Positions 1 through 13,494 of a stretch of 64,000 nucleotides of DNA are shown in pieces. The number at the start of each line of letters is the position of its first letter. Position 1 is the stretch's first letter. Made by a program: the position numbers and the translations under genes. Under the pieces are notes generated by a model. The model made no database searches, was not told the DNA's origin, and was given only the letters and a program-made list of their open reading frames with translations. Source of the DNA: Gordius albopunctatus (taxonomy: Eukaryota); NCBI GenBank assembly GCA_964276515.1, contig OZ193910.1:7688001-7752000 (forward strand), in the 5' to 3' direction.

Positions 1-3000
1 TCTTATACGGAAAACTTTAATGAGAGCTATATGGTTGAACAAAAAAATTGAAAAAATTTTGAGGTCGAAAAAAATATTATTTTTCAAATTCTTTCGAAAG
101 GGAGATGAAAAAATCTTTAAAAGTTAGTAAATATTCTTAGAATTTTGTCCTTGTTAGAATCTTGATAGGAATTTTTGCGTTGGCGATGTTTGAGATTGAG
201 AGAAATTAAAATTTTCGTGTGGCGTTTAGATTGATTAAACATCGCTTTATAAGCGTGTCTCTAGTTTTAGTGAAACAAGCTCTATGCGATCGTGATTTAG
301 AGTTAATAATTTTTGATGACTGATCAAAAAAATGTTTTTCAAGGAATTCATCTCTTATACGGAAAACTTTAATGAGAGCTATATGGTTGAACAAAAAAAT
401 TGAAAAAATTTTGAGGTCGAAAAAAATATTTTTTTTCATATTCTTTCGTAAGGGAGATGAAAAAATCTTTAAAAGTTATTAAATATTCTTAGCATTTTGT
501 CCTTGTTAGAATCTTGATAGGAATTTTTGCGTTGGCGATGTTTGAGATTGAGAGAAATTAAAATTTTCGTGTGGCGTTTAGATTGATTAAAAATCGCTTT
601 ATAAGCGTGTCTCTAGTTTTAGTGAAACAAGCTCTATGCGATCGTGATTTAGAGTTAATAATTTTTGATGACTGATCAAAAAAATGTTTTTCAAGGAATT
701 CATCTCTTATACGGAAAACTTTCATGAGAGCTATATGGTTGAACAAAAAAAATTAAAACAATTTCGAGGTCGAAAAAAATATTATTTTTCATATTCTTTC
801 GAAAGGGAGATGAAAAAATCTTTAAAAGTTAGTAAATATTCTTAGCATTTTGTCCTTGTTAGAATATTGATAGAAATTTATGCGTGGGGGGATGTTTTAG
901 ATTGAGAGAAATTAAAATTTAGGTGTTGCGTTTATATTTTTTCAATATCGCTTTATAAGCGTGTCTCTAGTTTTAGTGTAACAAGCTCTATGCGATCGTG
1001 ATTTAGAGTTAATAATTTTTGATGACTGATCAAAAAAATGTTTTTCAAGCAATTCACCTCTTATACAGAAAACTTTCATGAGAGCTATATGGTTGAACAA
1101 AAAAATTGAAAAAATTTTGAGGTCGAAAAAAATATTATTTTTCAAATTCTTTCGAAAGGGAGATGAAAAAATCTTTAAAAGTTAGTAAATATTCTTAGAA
1201 TTTTGTCCTTGTTAGAATCTTGATAGGAATTTTTGCGTTGGCGATGTTTGAGATTGAGAGAAATTAAAACTTTCGTGTGGCGTTTAGATTGATTAAACAT
1301 CGCTTTATAAGCGTGTCTCTAGTTTTAGTGAAACAAGCTCTATGCGATCGTGATTTAGAGTTAATAATTTTTGATGACTGATCAAAAAAATGTTTTTCAA
1401 GGAATTCATCTCTTATACGGAAAACTTTAATGAGAGCTATATGGTTGAACAAAAAAATTGAAAAAATTTTGAGGTCGAAAAAAATATTTTTTTTCATATT
1501 CTTTCGTAAGGGAGATGAAAAAATCTTTAAAAGTTATTAAATATTCTTAGCATTTTGTCCTTGTTAGAATCTTGATAGGAATTTTTGCGTTGGCGATGTT
1601 TGAGATTGAGAGAAATTAAAATTTTCGTGTGGCGTTTAGATTGATTAAACATCGCTTTATAAGCGTGTCTCTAGTTTTAGTGAAACAAGCTCTATGCGAT
1701 CGTGATTTACAGTTAATAATTTTTGATGACTGATCAAAAAAATGTTTTTCAAGGAATTCACCTCTTATACCGAAAACTTTCATGAGAACTATATGGTTGA
1801 ACAAAAAAATTAAAACAATTTTGAGGTCGAAAAAAATATTATTTTTCATATTCTTTCGAAAGGGAGATGAAAAAATCTTTAAAAGTTAGTAAATATTCTT
1901 AGCATTTTGTCCTTTCTTGATAGGAATTTTTGCGTGGGGGATGTTTGAGATTGAGAGAAATTAAAATTTTCGTGTTGCGTTTAGATTGATTCAATATCGC
2001 TTTATAAGCGTGTCTCTAGTTTTAGTGAAACAAGCTCTATGCGATCGTGATTTACAGTTAATAATTTTTGATGACTGATCAAAAAAATGTTTTTCAAGGA
2101 ATTCACCTCTTATACCGAAAACTTTCATGAGAGCTATATGGTTGAACAAAAAAAATTAAAACAATTTTGAGGTCGAAAAAAATATTATTTTTCATATTCT
2201 TTCGAAAGGGAGATGAAAAAATCTTTAAAAGTTATTAAATATTCTTAGCATTTTGTCCTTGTTAGAATCTTGATAGGAATTTTTGCGTGGGGGGATGTTT
2301 GAGATTGAGAGAAATTAAAATTTTCGTGTTGCGTTTAGATTGATTCAATTTCGCTTTATAAGCGTGTCTCTAGTTTTAGTGAAACAAGCTCTATGCGATC
2401 GTGATTTAGAGTTAATAATTTTTGATGACTGATCAAAAAAATGTTTTTCAAGGAATTCACCTCTTATACCGAAAACTTTCATGAGAGCTTAATGGTTGAA
2501 CAAAAAAAATTAAAACAATTTTGAGGTCGAAAAAAATATTATTTTTCATATTCTTTCGAAAAGGAGATGAAAAAAGAATTTTTGCGTGGGGGATGTTTGA
2601 GATTGAGAGAAATTAAAATTTTCGTGTTGCGTTTAGATTGTTTCAATATCGCTTTATAAGCGTGTCTCTAGTTTTAGTGAAACAAGCTCTATGCGATGGT
2701 GATTCAGAGTTAATAATTTTTGATGACTGATCAAAAAAATGTTTTTCAAGGAATTCACCTCTTATACCGAAAACTTTCATGAGAACTATATGGTTGAACA
2801 AAAAAATTGAAAAAATTTTGAGGTCGAAAAAAATATTATTTTTCATATTTTTTCGAAAGGGAGATGAAAAAATCTTTAAAAGTTAGTAAATATTCTTAGC
2901 ATTTTGTCCTTGTTAGAATATTGATAGAAATTTATGCGTGGGGGGATGTTTTAGATTGAGAGAAATTAAAATTTAGGTGTTGCGTTTATATTTTTTCAAT

Positions 3001-4300
3001 ATCGCTTTATAAGCGTGTCTCTAGTTTTAGTGTAACAAGCTCTATGCGATCGTGATTTAGAGTTAATAATTTTTGATGACTGATCAAAAAAATGTTTTTC
3101 AAGCAATTCACCTCTTATACAGAAAACTTTCATGAGAGCTATATGGTTGAACAAAAAAATTGAAAAAATTTTGAGGTCGAAAAAAATATTATTTTTCAAA
3201 TTCTTTCGAAAGGGAGATGAAAAAATCTTTAAAAGTTAGTAAATATTCTTAGAATTTTGTCCTTGTTAGAATCTTGATAGGAGTTTTTGCGTTGGCGATG
3301 TTTGAGATTGAGAGAAATTAAAATTTTCGTGTGGCGTTTAGATTGATTAAACATCGCTTTATAAGCGTGTCTCTAGTTTTAGTGAAACAAGCTCTATGCG
3401 ATCGTGATTTAGAGTTAATAATTTTTGATGACTGATCAAAAAAATGTTTTTCAAGGAATTCATCTCTTATACGGAAAACTTTAATGAGAGCTATATGGTT
3501 GAACAAAAAAATTGAAAAAATTTTGAGGTCGAAAAAAATATTTTTTTTCATATTCTTTCGTAAGGGAGATGAAAAAATCTTTAAAAGTTATTAAATATTC
3601 TTAGCATTTTGTCCTTGTTAGAATCTTGATAGGAATTTTTGCGTTGGCGATGTTTGAGATTGAGAGAAATTAAAATTTTCGTGTGGCGTTTAGATTGATT
3701 AAAAATCGCTTTATAAGCGTGTCTCTAGTTTTAGTGAAACAAGCTCTATGCGATCGTGATTTAGAGTTAATAATTTTTGATGACTGATCAAAAAAATGTT
3801 TTTCAAGGAATTCATCTCTTATACGGAAAACTTTCATGAGAGCTATATGGTTGAACAAAAAAAATTAAAACAATTTCGAGGTCGAAAAAAATATTATTTT
3901 TCATATTCTTTCGAAAGGGAGATGAAAAAATCTTTAAAAGTTAGTAAATATTCTTAGCATTTTGTCCTTGTTAGAATATTGATAGAAATTTATGCGTGGG
4001 GGGATGTTTTAGATTGAGAGAAATTAAAATTTAGGTGTTGCGTTTATATTTTTTCAATATCGCTTTATAAGCGTGTCTCTAGTTTTAGTGTAACAAGCTC
4101 TATGCGATCGTGATTTAGAGTTAATAATTTTTGATGACTGATCAAAAAAATGTTTTTCAAGCAATTCACCTCTTATACCGAAAACTTTCATGAGAGCTAT
4201 ATGGTTGAACAAAAAAATTGAAAAAATTTTGAGGTCGAAAAAAATATTATTTTTCAAATTCTTTCGAAAGGGAGATGAAAAAATCTTTAAAAGTTAGTAA
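1..4300. repeat. 3-monomer (~1058 bp) higher-order unit present at ~1-1650 and ~2870-4300, interrupted by a divergent block
   Basis: Identical ORF variants at 206/1264/3318, 558/3670 and 942/2996 (near-identical at 4054). Shared markers include TTCGTAAGGG, TATATTTTTTCAA and ACAGAAAAC. Confidence 0.85.
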
Positions 4301-4399
4301 ATATTCTCAGAATTTTGTCCTTGTTAGAATCTTGATAGAAATTTAGGCGTGGGGGGATGTTTTAGATTGAGAGAAATTAAAATTTAGGTGTTGCGTTTA

Positions 4400-7300
4400 T
4401 ATTGTTTCAATATCGCTTTATAAGCGTGTCTCTAGTTTTAGTGAAACAAGCTCTATGCGATCGTGATTTAGAGTTAATAATTTTTGATGACTGATCAAAA
4501 AAATGTTTTTCAAGGAATTCATCTCTTATACGGAAAACTTTCATGAGAGCTATATGGTTGAACAAAAAAAATTAAAACAATTTCGAGGTCGAAAAAAATA
4601 TTATTTTTCATATTCTTTCGAAAGGGAGATGAAAAAATCTTTAAAAGTTAGTAAATATTCTTAGAATTTTGTCCTTGTTAGAATCTTGATAGGAATTTTT
4701 GCGTTGGCGATGTTTGAGATTGAGAGAAATTAAAATTTTCGTGTGGCGTTTAGATTGATTAAAAATCGCTTTATAAGCGTGTCTCTAGTTTTAGTGTAAC
4801 AAGCTCTATGCGATCGTGATTTAGAATTAATAATTTTTGATGACTGATCAAAAAAATGTTTTTCAAGGAATTCATCTCTTATACGGAAAACTTTAATGAG
4901 AGCTATATGGTTGAACAAAAAAATTGAAAAAATTTTGAGGTCGAAAAAAATATTTTTTTTCATATTCTTTCGTAAGGGAGATGAAAAAATCTTTAAAAGT
5001 TATTAAATATTCTTAGCATTTTGTCCTTGTTAGAATCTTGATAGGAATTTTTGCGTGGGGGGATGTTTTAGATTGAGAGAAATTAAAATTTAGGTGTTGC
5101 GTTTATATTGTTTCAATATCGCTTTATAAGCGTGTCTCTAGTTTTAGTGAAACAAGCTCTATGCGATCGTGATTTAGAGTTAATAATTTTTGATGACTGA
5201 TCAAAAAAATGTTTTTCAAGGAATTCATCTCTTATACGGAAAACTTTCATGAGAGCTATATGGTTGAACAAAAAAAATTAAAACAATTTCGAGGTCGAAA
5301 AAAATATTATTTTTCATATTCTTTCGAAAGGGAGATGAAAAAATCTTTAAAAGTTAGTAAATATTCTTAGAATTTTGTCCTTGTTAGAATCTTGATAGGA
5401 ATTTTTGCGTTGGCGATGTTTGAGATTGAGAGAAATTAAAATTTTCGTGTGGCGTTTAGATTGATTCAATATCGCTTTATAAGCGTGTCTCTAGTTTTAG
5501 TGTAACAAGCTCTATGCGATCGTGATTTAGAGTTAATAATTTTTGATGACTGATCAAAAAAATGTTTTTCAAGGAATTCATCTCTTATACGGAAAACTTT
5601 CATGAGAGCTATATGGTTGAACAAAAAAAATTAAAACAATTTCGAGGTCGAAAAAAATATTATTTTTCATATTCTTTCGAAAGGGAGATGAAAAAATCTT
5701 TAAAAGTTAGTAAATATTCTTAGAATTTTCTCCTTGTTAGAATCTTGATAGGAATTTTTGCGTTGGCGATGTTTGAGATTGAGAGAAATTAAAATTTTCG
5801 TGTGGCGTTTAGATTGATTAAAAATCGCTTTATAAGCGTGTCTCTAGTTTTAGTGTAACAAGCTCTATGCGATCGTGATTTAGAGTTAATAATTTTTGAT
5901 GACTGATCAAAAAAATGTTTTTCAAGCAATTCACCTCTTATACGGAAAACTTTCATGAGAGCTATATGGTTGAACAAAAAAAATTAAAACAATTTCGAGG
6001 TCGAAAAAAATATTATTTTTCATATTCTTTCGAAAGGGAGATGAAAAAATCTTTAAAAGTTAGTAAATATTCTTAGAATTTTGTCCTTGTTAGAATTTTG
6101 ATAGGAATTTTTGCGTTGGCGATGTTTGAGATTGAGAGAAATTAAAATTTTCGTGTGGCGTTTAGATTGATTAAAAATCGCTTTATAAGCGTGTCTCTAG
6201 TTTTAGTGTAACAAGCTCTATGCGATCGTGATTTAGAGTTAATAATTTTTGATGACTGATCAAAAAAATGTTTTTCAAGGAATTCATCTCTTATACGGAA
6301 AACTTTCATGAGAGCTATATGGTTGAACAAAAAAAATTAAAACAATTTCGAGGTCGAAAAAAATATTATTTTTCATATTCTTTCGAAAGGGAGATGAAAA
6401 AATCTTTAAAAGTTAGTAAATATTCTTAGAATTTTGTCCTTGTTAGAATCTTGATAGGAATTTTTGCGTTGGCGATGTTTGAGATTGAGAGAAATTAAAA
6501 TTTTCGTGTGGCGTTTAGATTGATTAAAAATCGCTTTATAAGCGTGTCTCTTTTAGTGTAACAAGCTCTATGCGATCGTGATTTAGAGTTAATAATTTTT
6601 GATGACTGATCAAAAAAATGTTTTTCAAGCAATTCACCTCTTATACGGAAAACTTTCATGAGAGCTATATGGTTGAACAAAAAAAATTGAAAAAATTTTG
6701 AGGTCGAAAAAAATATTTTTTTTCATATTCTTTCGTAAGGGAGATGAAAAAATCTTTAAAAGTTATTAAATATTCTTAGCATTTTGTCCTTGTTAGAATC
6801 TTGATAGGAATTTTTGCGTGGGGGGATGTTTTAGATTGAGAGAAATTAAAATTTAGGTGTTGCGTTTATATTGTTTCAATATCGCTTTATAAGCGTGTCT
6901 CTAGTTTTAGTGAAACAAGCTCTATGCGATCGTGATTTAGAGTTAATAATTTTTGATGACTGATCAAAAAAATGTTTTTCAAGGAATTCATCTCTTATAC
7001 GGAAAACTTTCATGAGAGCTATATGGTTGAACAAAAAAAATTAAAACAATTTCGAGGTCGAAAAAAATATTATTTTTCATATTCTTTCGAAAGGGAGATG
7101 AAAAAATCTTTAAAAGTTAGTAAATATTCTTAGAATTTTGTCCTTGTTAGAATCTTGATAGGAATTTTTGCGTTGGCGATGTTTGAGATTGAGAGAAATT
7201 AAAATTTTCGTGTGGCGTTTAGATTGATTAAAAATCGCTTTATAAGCGTGTCTCTAGTTTTAGTGTAACAAGCTCTATGCGATCGTGATTTAGAATTAAT

Positions 7301-9950
7301 AATTTTTGATGACTGATCAAAAAAATGTTTTTCAAGGAATTCATCTCTTATACGGAAAACTTTAATGAGAGCTATATGGTTGAACAAAAAAATTGAAAAA
7401 ATTTTGAGGTCGAAAAAAATATTTTTTTTCATATTCTTTCGTAAGGGAGATGAAAAAATCTTTAAAAGTTATTAAATATTCTTAGCATTTTGTCCTTGTT
7501 AGAATCTTGATAGGAATTTTTGCGTGGGGGGATGTTTTAGATTGAGAGAAATTAAAATTTAGGTGTTCCGTTTATATTGTTTCAATATCGCTTTATAAGC
7601 GTGTCTCTAGTTTTAGTGTAACAAGCTCTATGCGATCGTGATTTAGAGTTAATAATTTTTGATGACTGATCAAAAAAATGTTTTTCAAGCAATTCACCTC
7701 TTATACGGAAAACTTTCATGAGAGCTATATGGTTGAACAAAAAAAATTAAAACAATTTCGAGGTCGAAAAAAATATTATTTTTCATATTCTTTCGAAAGG
7801 GAGATGAAAAAATCTTTAAAAGTTAGTAAATATTCTTAGAATTTTGTCCTTGTTAGAATCTTGATAGGAATTTTTGCGTTGGCGATGTTTGAGATTGAGA
7901 GAAATTAAAATTTTCGTGTGGCGTTTAGATTGATTAAAAATCGCTTTATAAGCGTGTCTCTAGTTTTAGTGTAACAAGCTCTATGCGATCGTGATTTAGA
8001 GTTAATAATTTTTGATGACTGATCAAAAAAATGTTTTTCAAGGAATTCATCTCTTATACGGAAAACTTTCATGAGAGCTATATGGTTGAACAAAAAAAAT
8101 TAAAACAATTTCGAGGTCGAAAAAAATATTATTTTTCATATTCTTTCGAAAGGGAGATGAAAAAATCTTTAAAAGTTAGTAAATATTCTTAGAATTTTGT
8201 CCTTGTTAGAATCTTGATAGGAATTTTTGCGTTGGCGATGTTTGAGATTGAGAGAAATTAAAATTTTCGTGTGGCGTTTAGATTGATTCAATATCGCTTT
8301 ATAAGCGTGTCTCTAGTTTTAGTGAAACAAGCTCTATGCGATCGTGATTTAGAGTTAATAATTTTTGATGACTGATCAAAAAAATGTTTTTCAAGGAATT
8401 CATCTCTTATACGGAAAACTTTCATGAGAGCTATATGGTTGAACAAAAAAAATTAAAACAATTTCGAGGTCGAAAAAAATATTATTTTTCATATTCTTTC
8501 GAAAGGGAGATGAAAAAATCTTTAAAAGTTAGTAAATATTCTTAGAATTTTGTCCTTGTTAGAATCTTGATAGGAATTTTTGCGTTGGCGATGTTTGAGA
8601 TTGAGAGAAATTAAAATTTTCGTGTGGCGTTTAGATTGATTCAATATCGCTTTATAAGCGTGTCTCTAGTTTTAGTGAAACAAGCTCTATGCGATCGTGA
8701 TTTAGAGTTAATAATTTTTGATGACTGATCAAAAAAATGTTTTTCAAGGAATTCATCTCTTATACGGAAAACTTTCATGAGAGCTATATGGTTGAACAAA
8801 AAAAATTAAAACAATTTCGAGGTCGAAAAAAATATTATTTTTCATATTCTTTCGAAAGGGAGATGAAAAAATCTTTAAAAGTTAGTAAATATTCTTAGAA
8901 TTTTGTCCTTGTTAGAATCTTGATAGGAATTTTTGCGTTGGCGATGTTTGAGATTGAGAGAAATTAAAATTTTCGTGTGGCGTTTAGATTGATTAAAAAT
9001 CGCTTTATAAGCGTGTCTCTAGTTTTAGTGTAACAAGCTCTATGCGATCGTGATTTAGAGTTAATAATTTTTGATGACTGATCAAAAAAATGTTTTTCAA
9101 GGAATTCATCTCTTATACGGAAAACTTTCATGAGAGCTATATGGTTGAACAAAAAAAATTAAAACAATTTCGAGGTCGAAAAAAATATTATTTTTCATAT
9201 TCTTTCGAAAGGGAGATGAAAAAATCTTTAAAAGTTAGTAAATATTCTTAGAATTTTGTCCTTGTTAGAATCTTGATAGGAATTTTTGCGTTGGCGATGT
9301 TTGAGATTGAGAGAAATTAAAATTTTCGTGTGGCGTTTAGATTGATTCAATATCGCTTTATAAGCGTGTCTCTAGTTTTAGTGAAACAAGCTCTATGCGA
9401 TCGTGATTTAGAGTTAATAATTTTTGATGACTGATCAAAAAAATGTTTTTCAAGGAATTCATCTCTTATACGGAAAACTTTCATGAGAGCTATATGGTTG
9501 AACAAAAAAAATTAAAACAATTTCGAGGTCGAAAAAAATATTATTTTTCATATTCTTTCGAAAGGGAGATGAAAAAATCTTTAAAAGTTAGTAAATATTC
9601 TTAGAATTTTGTCCTTGTTAGAATCTTGATAGGAATTTTTGCGTTGGCGATGTTTGAGATTGAGAGAAATTAAAATTTTCGTGTGGCGTTTAGATTGATT
9701 AAAAATCGCTTTATAAGCGTGTCTCTAGTTTTAGTGTAACAAGCTCTATGCGATCGTGATTTAGAGTTAATAATTTTTGATGACTGATCAAAAAAATGTT
9801 TTTCAAGGAATTCATCTCTTATACGGAAAACTTTCATGAGAGCTATATGGTTGAACAAAAAAAATTAAAACAATTTCGAGGTCGAAAAAAATATTATTTT
9901 TCATATTCTTTCGAAAGGGAGATGAAAAAATCTTTAAAAGTTAGTAAATA
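4400..9950. repeat. Highly homogenised satellite subtype domain (GTTGGCG / GTGGCGTTTAGATTGATT / ACGGAAAAC / TTTCGAGG), including a ~2469-bp (7-monomer) offset duplication
   Basis: Identical ORF variant at 4730 and 7199, with the private GATTTAGAATT marker at ~4818 and ~7287. Monomers at 7.7-9.9 kb are near-identical. Confidence 0.8.
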
Positions 9951-12900
9951 TTCTTAGCATTTTGTCCTTGTTAGAATCTTGATAGAAATTTATGCGTGGG
10001 GGGATGTTTTAGATTGAGAGAAATTAAAATTTAGGTGTTGCGTTTATATTGTTTCAATATCGCTTTATAAGCGTGTCTCTAGTTTTAGTGAAACAAGCTC
10101 TATGCGATCGTGATTTAGGGTTAATAATTTTTGATGACTGATCAAAAAAATGTTTTTCAAGGAATTCACCTCTTATACCGAAAACTTTCATGAGAGCTAT
10201 ATGGTTGAACAAAAAAAATTAAAACAATTTTGAGGTCGAAAAAAATATTATTTTTCATATTCTTTCGAAAGGGAGATGAAAAAATCTTTAAAAGTTATTA
10301 AATATTCTTAGCATTTTGTCCTTGTTAGAATCTTGATAGGAATTTTTGCGTGGGGGGATGTTCGAGATTGAGAGAAATTAAAATTTAGGTGTTGCGTTTA
10401 TATTGTTTCAATATCGCTTTATAAGCGAGCTCTATGCGATCGTGATTTAGTGTTAATAATTTTTGATGACTGATCAAAAAAATGTTTTTCAAGGAATTCA
10501 CCTTTTATACCGAAAACTTTCATGAGAACTATATGGTTGAACAAAAAAATTAAAACAATTTTGAGGTCGAAAAAAATATTATTTTTCATATTGTTTCGAA
10601 AGGGAGATGAAAAAATCTTTAAAAGTTATTAAATATTCTTAGCATTTTGTCCTTGTTAGAATCTTGATAGGAATTTTTGCGTGGGGGGATGTTCGAGATT
10701 GAGAGAAATTAATATTTTGGTGTTGAGTTTATATTGTTTCAATATCGCTTTATAAGCGTGTCTCTAGTTTTAGTGAAACAAGCTCTATGCGATCGTGATT
10801 TAGAGTTAATAATTTTTGATGACTGATCAAAAAAATGTTTTTCAAGGAATTCACCTCTTATACCGAAAATTTTCATGAGAGCTATATGGTTGAACAAAAA
10901 AATTGAAAAAATTTTGAGGTCGAAAAAAATATTATTTTTCATATTGTTTCGAAAGGGAGATGAAAAAATCTTTAAAAGTTAGTAAATATTCTTAGCATTT
11001 TGTCCTTGTTAGAATCTTGATAGGAATTTTTGCGTGGGGGGATGTTTTAGATTGAGAGAAATTAAAATTTAGGTGTTGCGTTTATATTGTTTCAATATCG
11101 CTTTATAAGCGAGCTCTATGCGATCGTGATTTAGTGTTAATAATTTTTGATGACTGATCAAAAAAATGTTTTTCAAGGAATTCACCTCTTATACCGAAAA
11201 CTTTCATGAGAGCTATATGGTTGAACAAAAAAATTGAAAAAATTTTGAGGTCGAAAAAATTATTATTTTTCATATTCTTTTGAAAGGGAGATGAAAAAAT
11301 CTTTAAAAATTAAAAATATTCGTAGCATTTTGTCCTTGTTAGAATCTTGATAGGAATATATGCGTGGGGGGATGTTTGAGATTGAGAGAAATTAAAATTT
11401 TCGTGTTGAGTTTATATTGTTTCAATATCGCTTTATAAGCGTGTCTCTAGTTTTAGTGAAACAAGCTCTATGCGATCGTGATTTAGAGTTAATAATTTTT
11501 GATGACTGATCAAAAAAATGTTTTTCAAGGAATTCACCTCTTATACCGAAAATTTTCATGAGAGCTATATGGTTGAACAAAAAAATTGAAAAAATTTTGA
11601 GGTCGAAAAAATTATTATTTTTCATATTCTTTCGAAAGGGAGATGAAAAAATCTTTAAAAGTTAGTAAATATTCTTAGCATTTTGTCCTTGTTAGAATCT
11701 TGATAGGAATATATGCGTGGGGGGATGTTTTAGATTGAGAGAAATTAAAATTTAGGTGTTGCGTTTATATTGTTTCAATATCGCTTTATAAGCGTGTCTC
11801 TAGTTTTAGTGAAACAAGCTCTATGCGATCGTGATTTAGAGTTAATAATTTTTGATGACTGATCAAAAAAATGTTTTTCAAAGAATTCACCTCTTATACC
11901 GAAAACTTTCATGAGAGCTATATGGTTGAACAAAAAATTGAAAAAATTTTGAGGTCGAAAAAATTATTATTTTTCATATTCTTTCGAAAGGGAGATGAAA
12001 AAATCTTTAAAAGTTAGTAAATATTCTTAGCATTTTGTCCTTGTTAGAATCTTGACAGAAATTTAGGCGTGGGGGGATGTTTTAGATTGAGAGAAATTAA
12101 AATTTAGGTGTTGCGTTTATATTGTTTCAATATCGCTTTATAAGCGTGTCTCTAGTTTTAGTGAAACAAGCTCTATGCGATCGTGATTTAGAGTTAATAA
12201 TTTTTGATGACTGATCAAAAAAATGTTTTTAAAGGAATTCACCTCTTATACCGAAAACTTTCATGAGAGCTATATGGTTGAACAAAAAAATAGAAAAAAT
12301 TTTGAGGTCGAAAAAATTATTATTTTTCATATTCTTTCGAAAGGGAGATGAAAAAATCTTTAAAAGTTAGTAAATATTCTTAGCATTTTGTCCTTGTTAG
12401 AATCTTGACAGAAATTTAGGCGTGGGGGGATGTTTTAGATTGAGAGAAATTAAAATTTAGGTGTTGCGTTTATATTGTTTCAATATCGCTTTATAAGCGT
12501 GTCTCTAGTTTTAGTGAAACAAGCTCTATGCGATCGTGATTTAGAGTTAATAATTTTTGATGACTGATCAAAAAAATGTTTTTCAAAGAATTCACCTCTT
12601 ATACCGAAAACTTTCATGAGAGCTATATGGTTGAACAAAAAAATTGAAAAAATTTTGAGGTCGAAAAAATTATTATTTTTCATATTCTTTCGAAAGGGAG
12701 ATGAAAAAATCTTTAAAGTTAGTAAATATTCTTAGCATTTTGTCCTTGTTAGAATCTTGATAGGAATATATGCGTGGGGGGATGTTTGAGATTGAGAGAA
12801 ATTAAAATTTTCGTGTTACGTTTATATTGTTTCAATATCGCTTTATAAGCGTGTCTCTAGTTTTAGTGAAACAAGCTCTATGCGATCGTGATTTAGAGTT

Positions 12901-13494
12901 AATAATTTTTGATGACTGATCAAAAAAATGTTTTTCAAAGAATTCACCTCTTATACCGAAAACTTTCATGAGAGCTATATGGTTGAACAAAAAATTGAAA
13001 AAATTTTGAGGTCGAAAAAATTATTATTTTTCATATTCTTTCGAAAGGGAGATGAAAAAATCTTTAAAAGTTAGTAAATATTCTTAGCATTTTGTCCTTG
13101 TTAGAATCTTGACAGAAATTTAGGCGTGGGGGGATGTTTTAGATTGAGAGAAATTAAAATTTAGGTGTTGCGTTTATATTGTTTCAATATCGCTTTATAA
13201 GCGTGTCTCTAGTTTTAGTGAAACAAGCTCTATGCGATCGTGATTTAGAGTTAATAATTTTTGATGACTGATCAAAAAAATGTTTTTAAAGGAATTCACC
13301 TCTTATACCGAAAACTTTCATGAGAGCTATATGGTTGAACAAAAAAATAGAAAAAATTTTGAGGTCGAAAAAATTATTATTTTTCATATTCTTTCGAAAG
13401 GGAGATGAAAAAATCTTTAAAAGTTAGTAAATATTCTTAGCATTTTGTCCTTGTTAGAATCTTGATAGGAATTTATCCTTGGGGGGATGTTTGA

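Noticed and set aside
91..107. CENP-B box at TTTCGAAAGGG or TTTCGTG
   Set aside because: It has TTCG but lacks the A and CGGG at the required positions of NTTCGNNNNANNCGGGN.
884..892. G-quadruplex potential at the G6 run
   Set aside because: There is only one G5-6 run and one distant GGG per monomer, and the G run is replaced by TTGGCG in many copies.
10114..10122. Telomere-like TTTAGGG / TTAGG / TTAGGC words
   Set aside because: These are isolated single copies arising from SNP variants and are never tandem.
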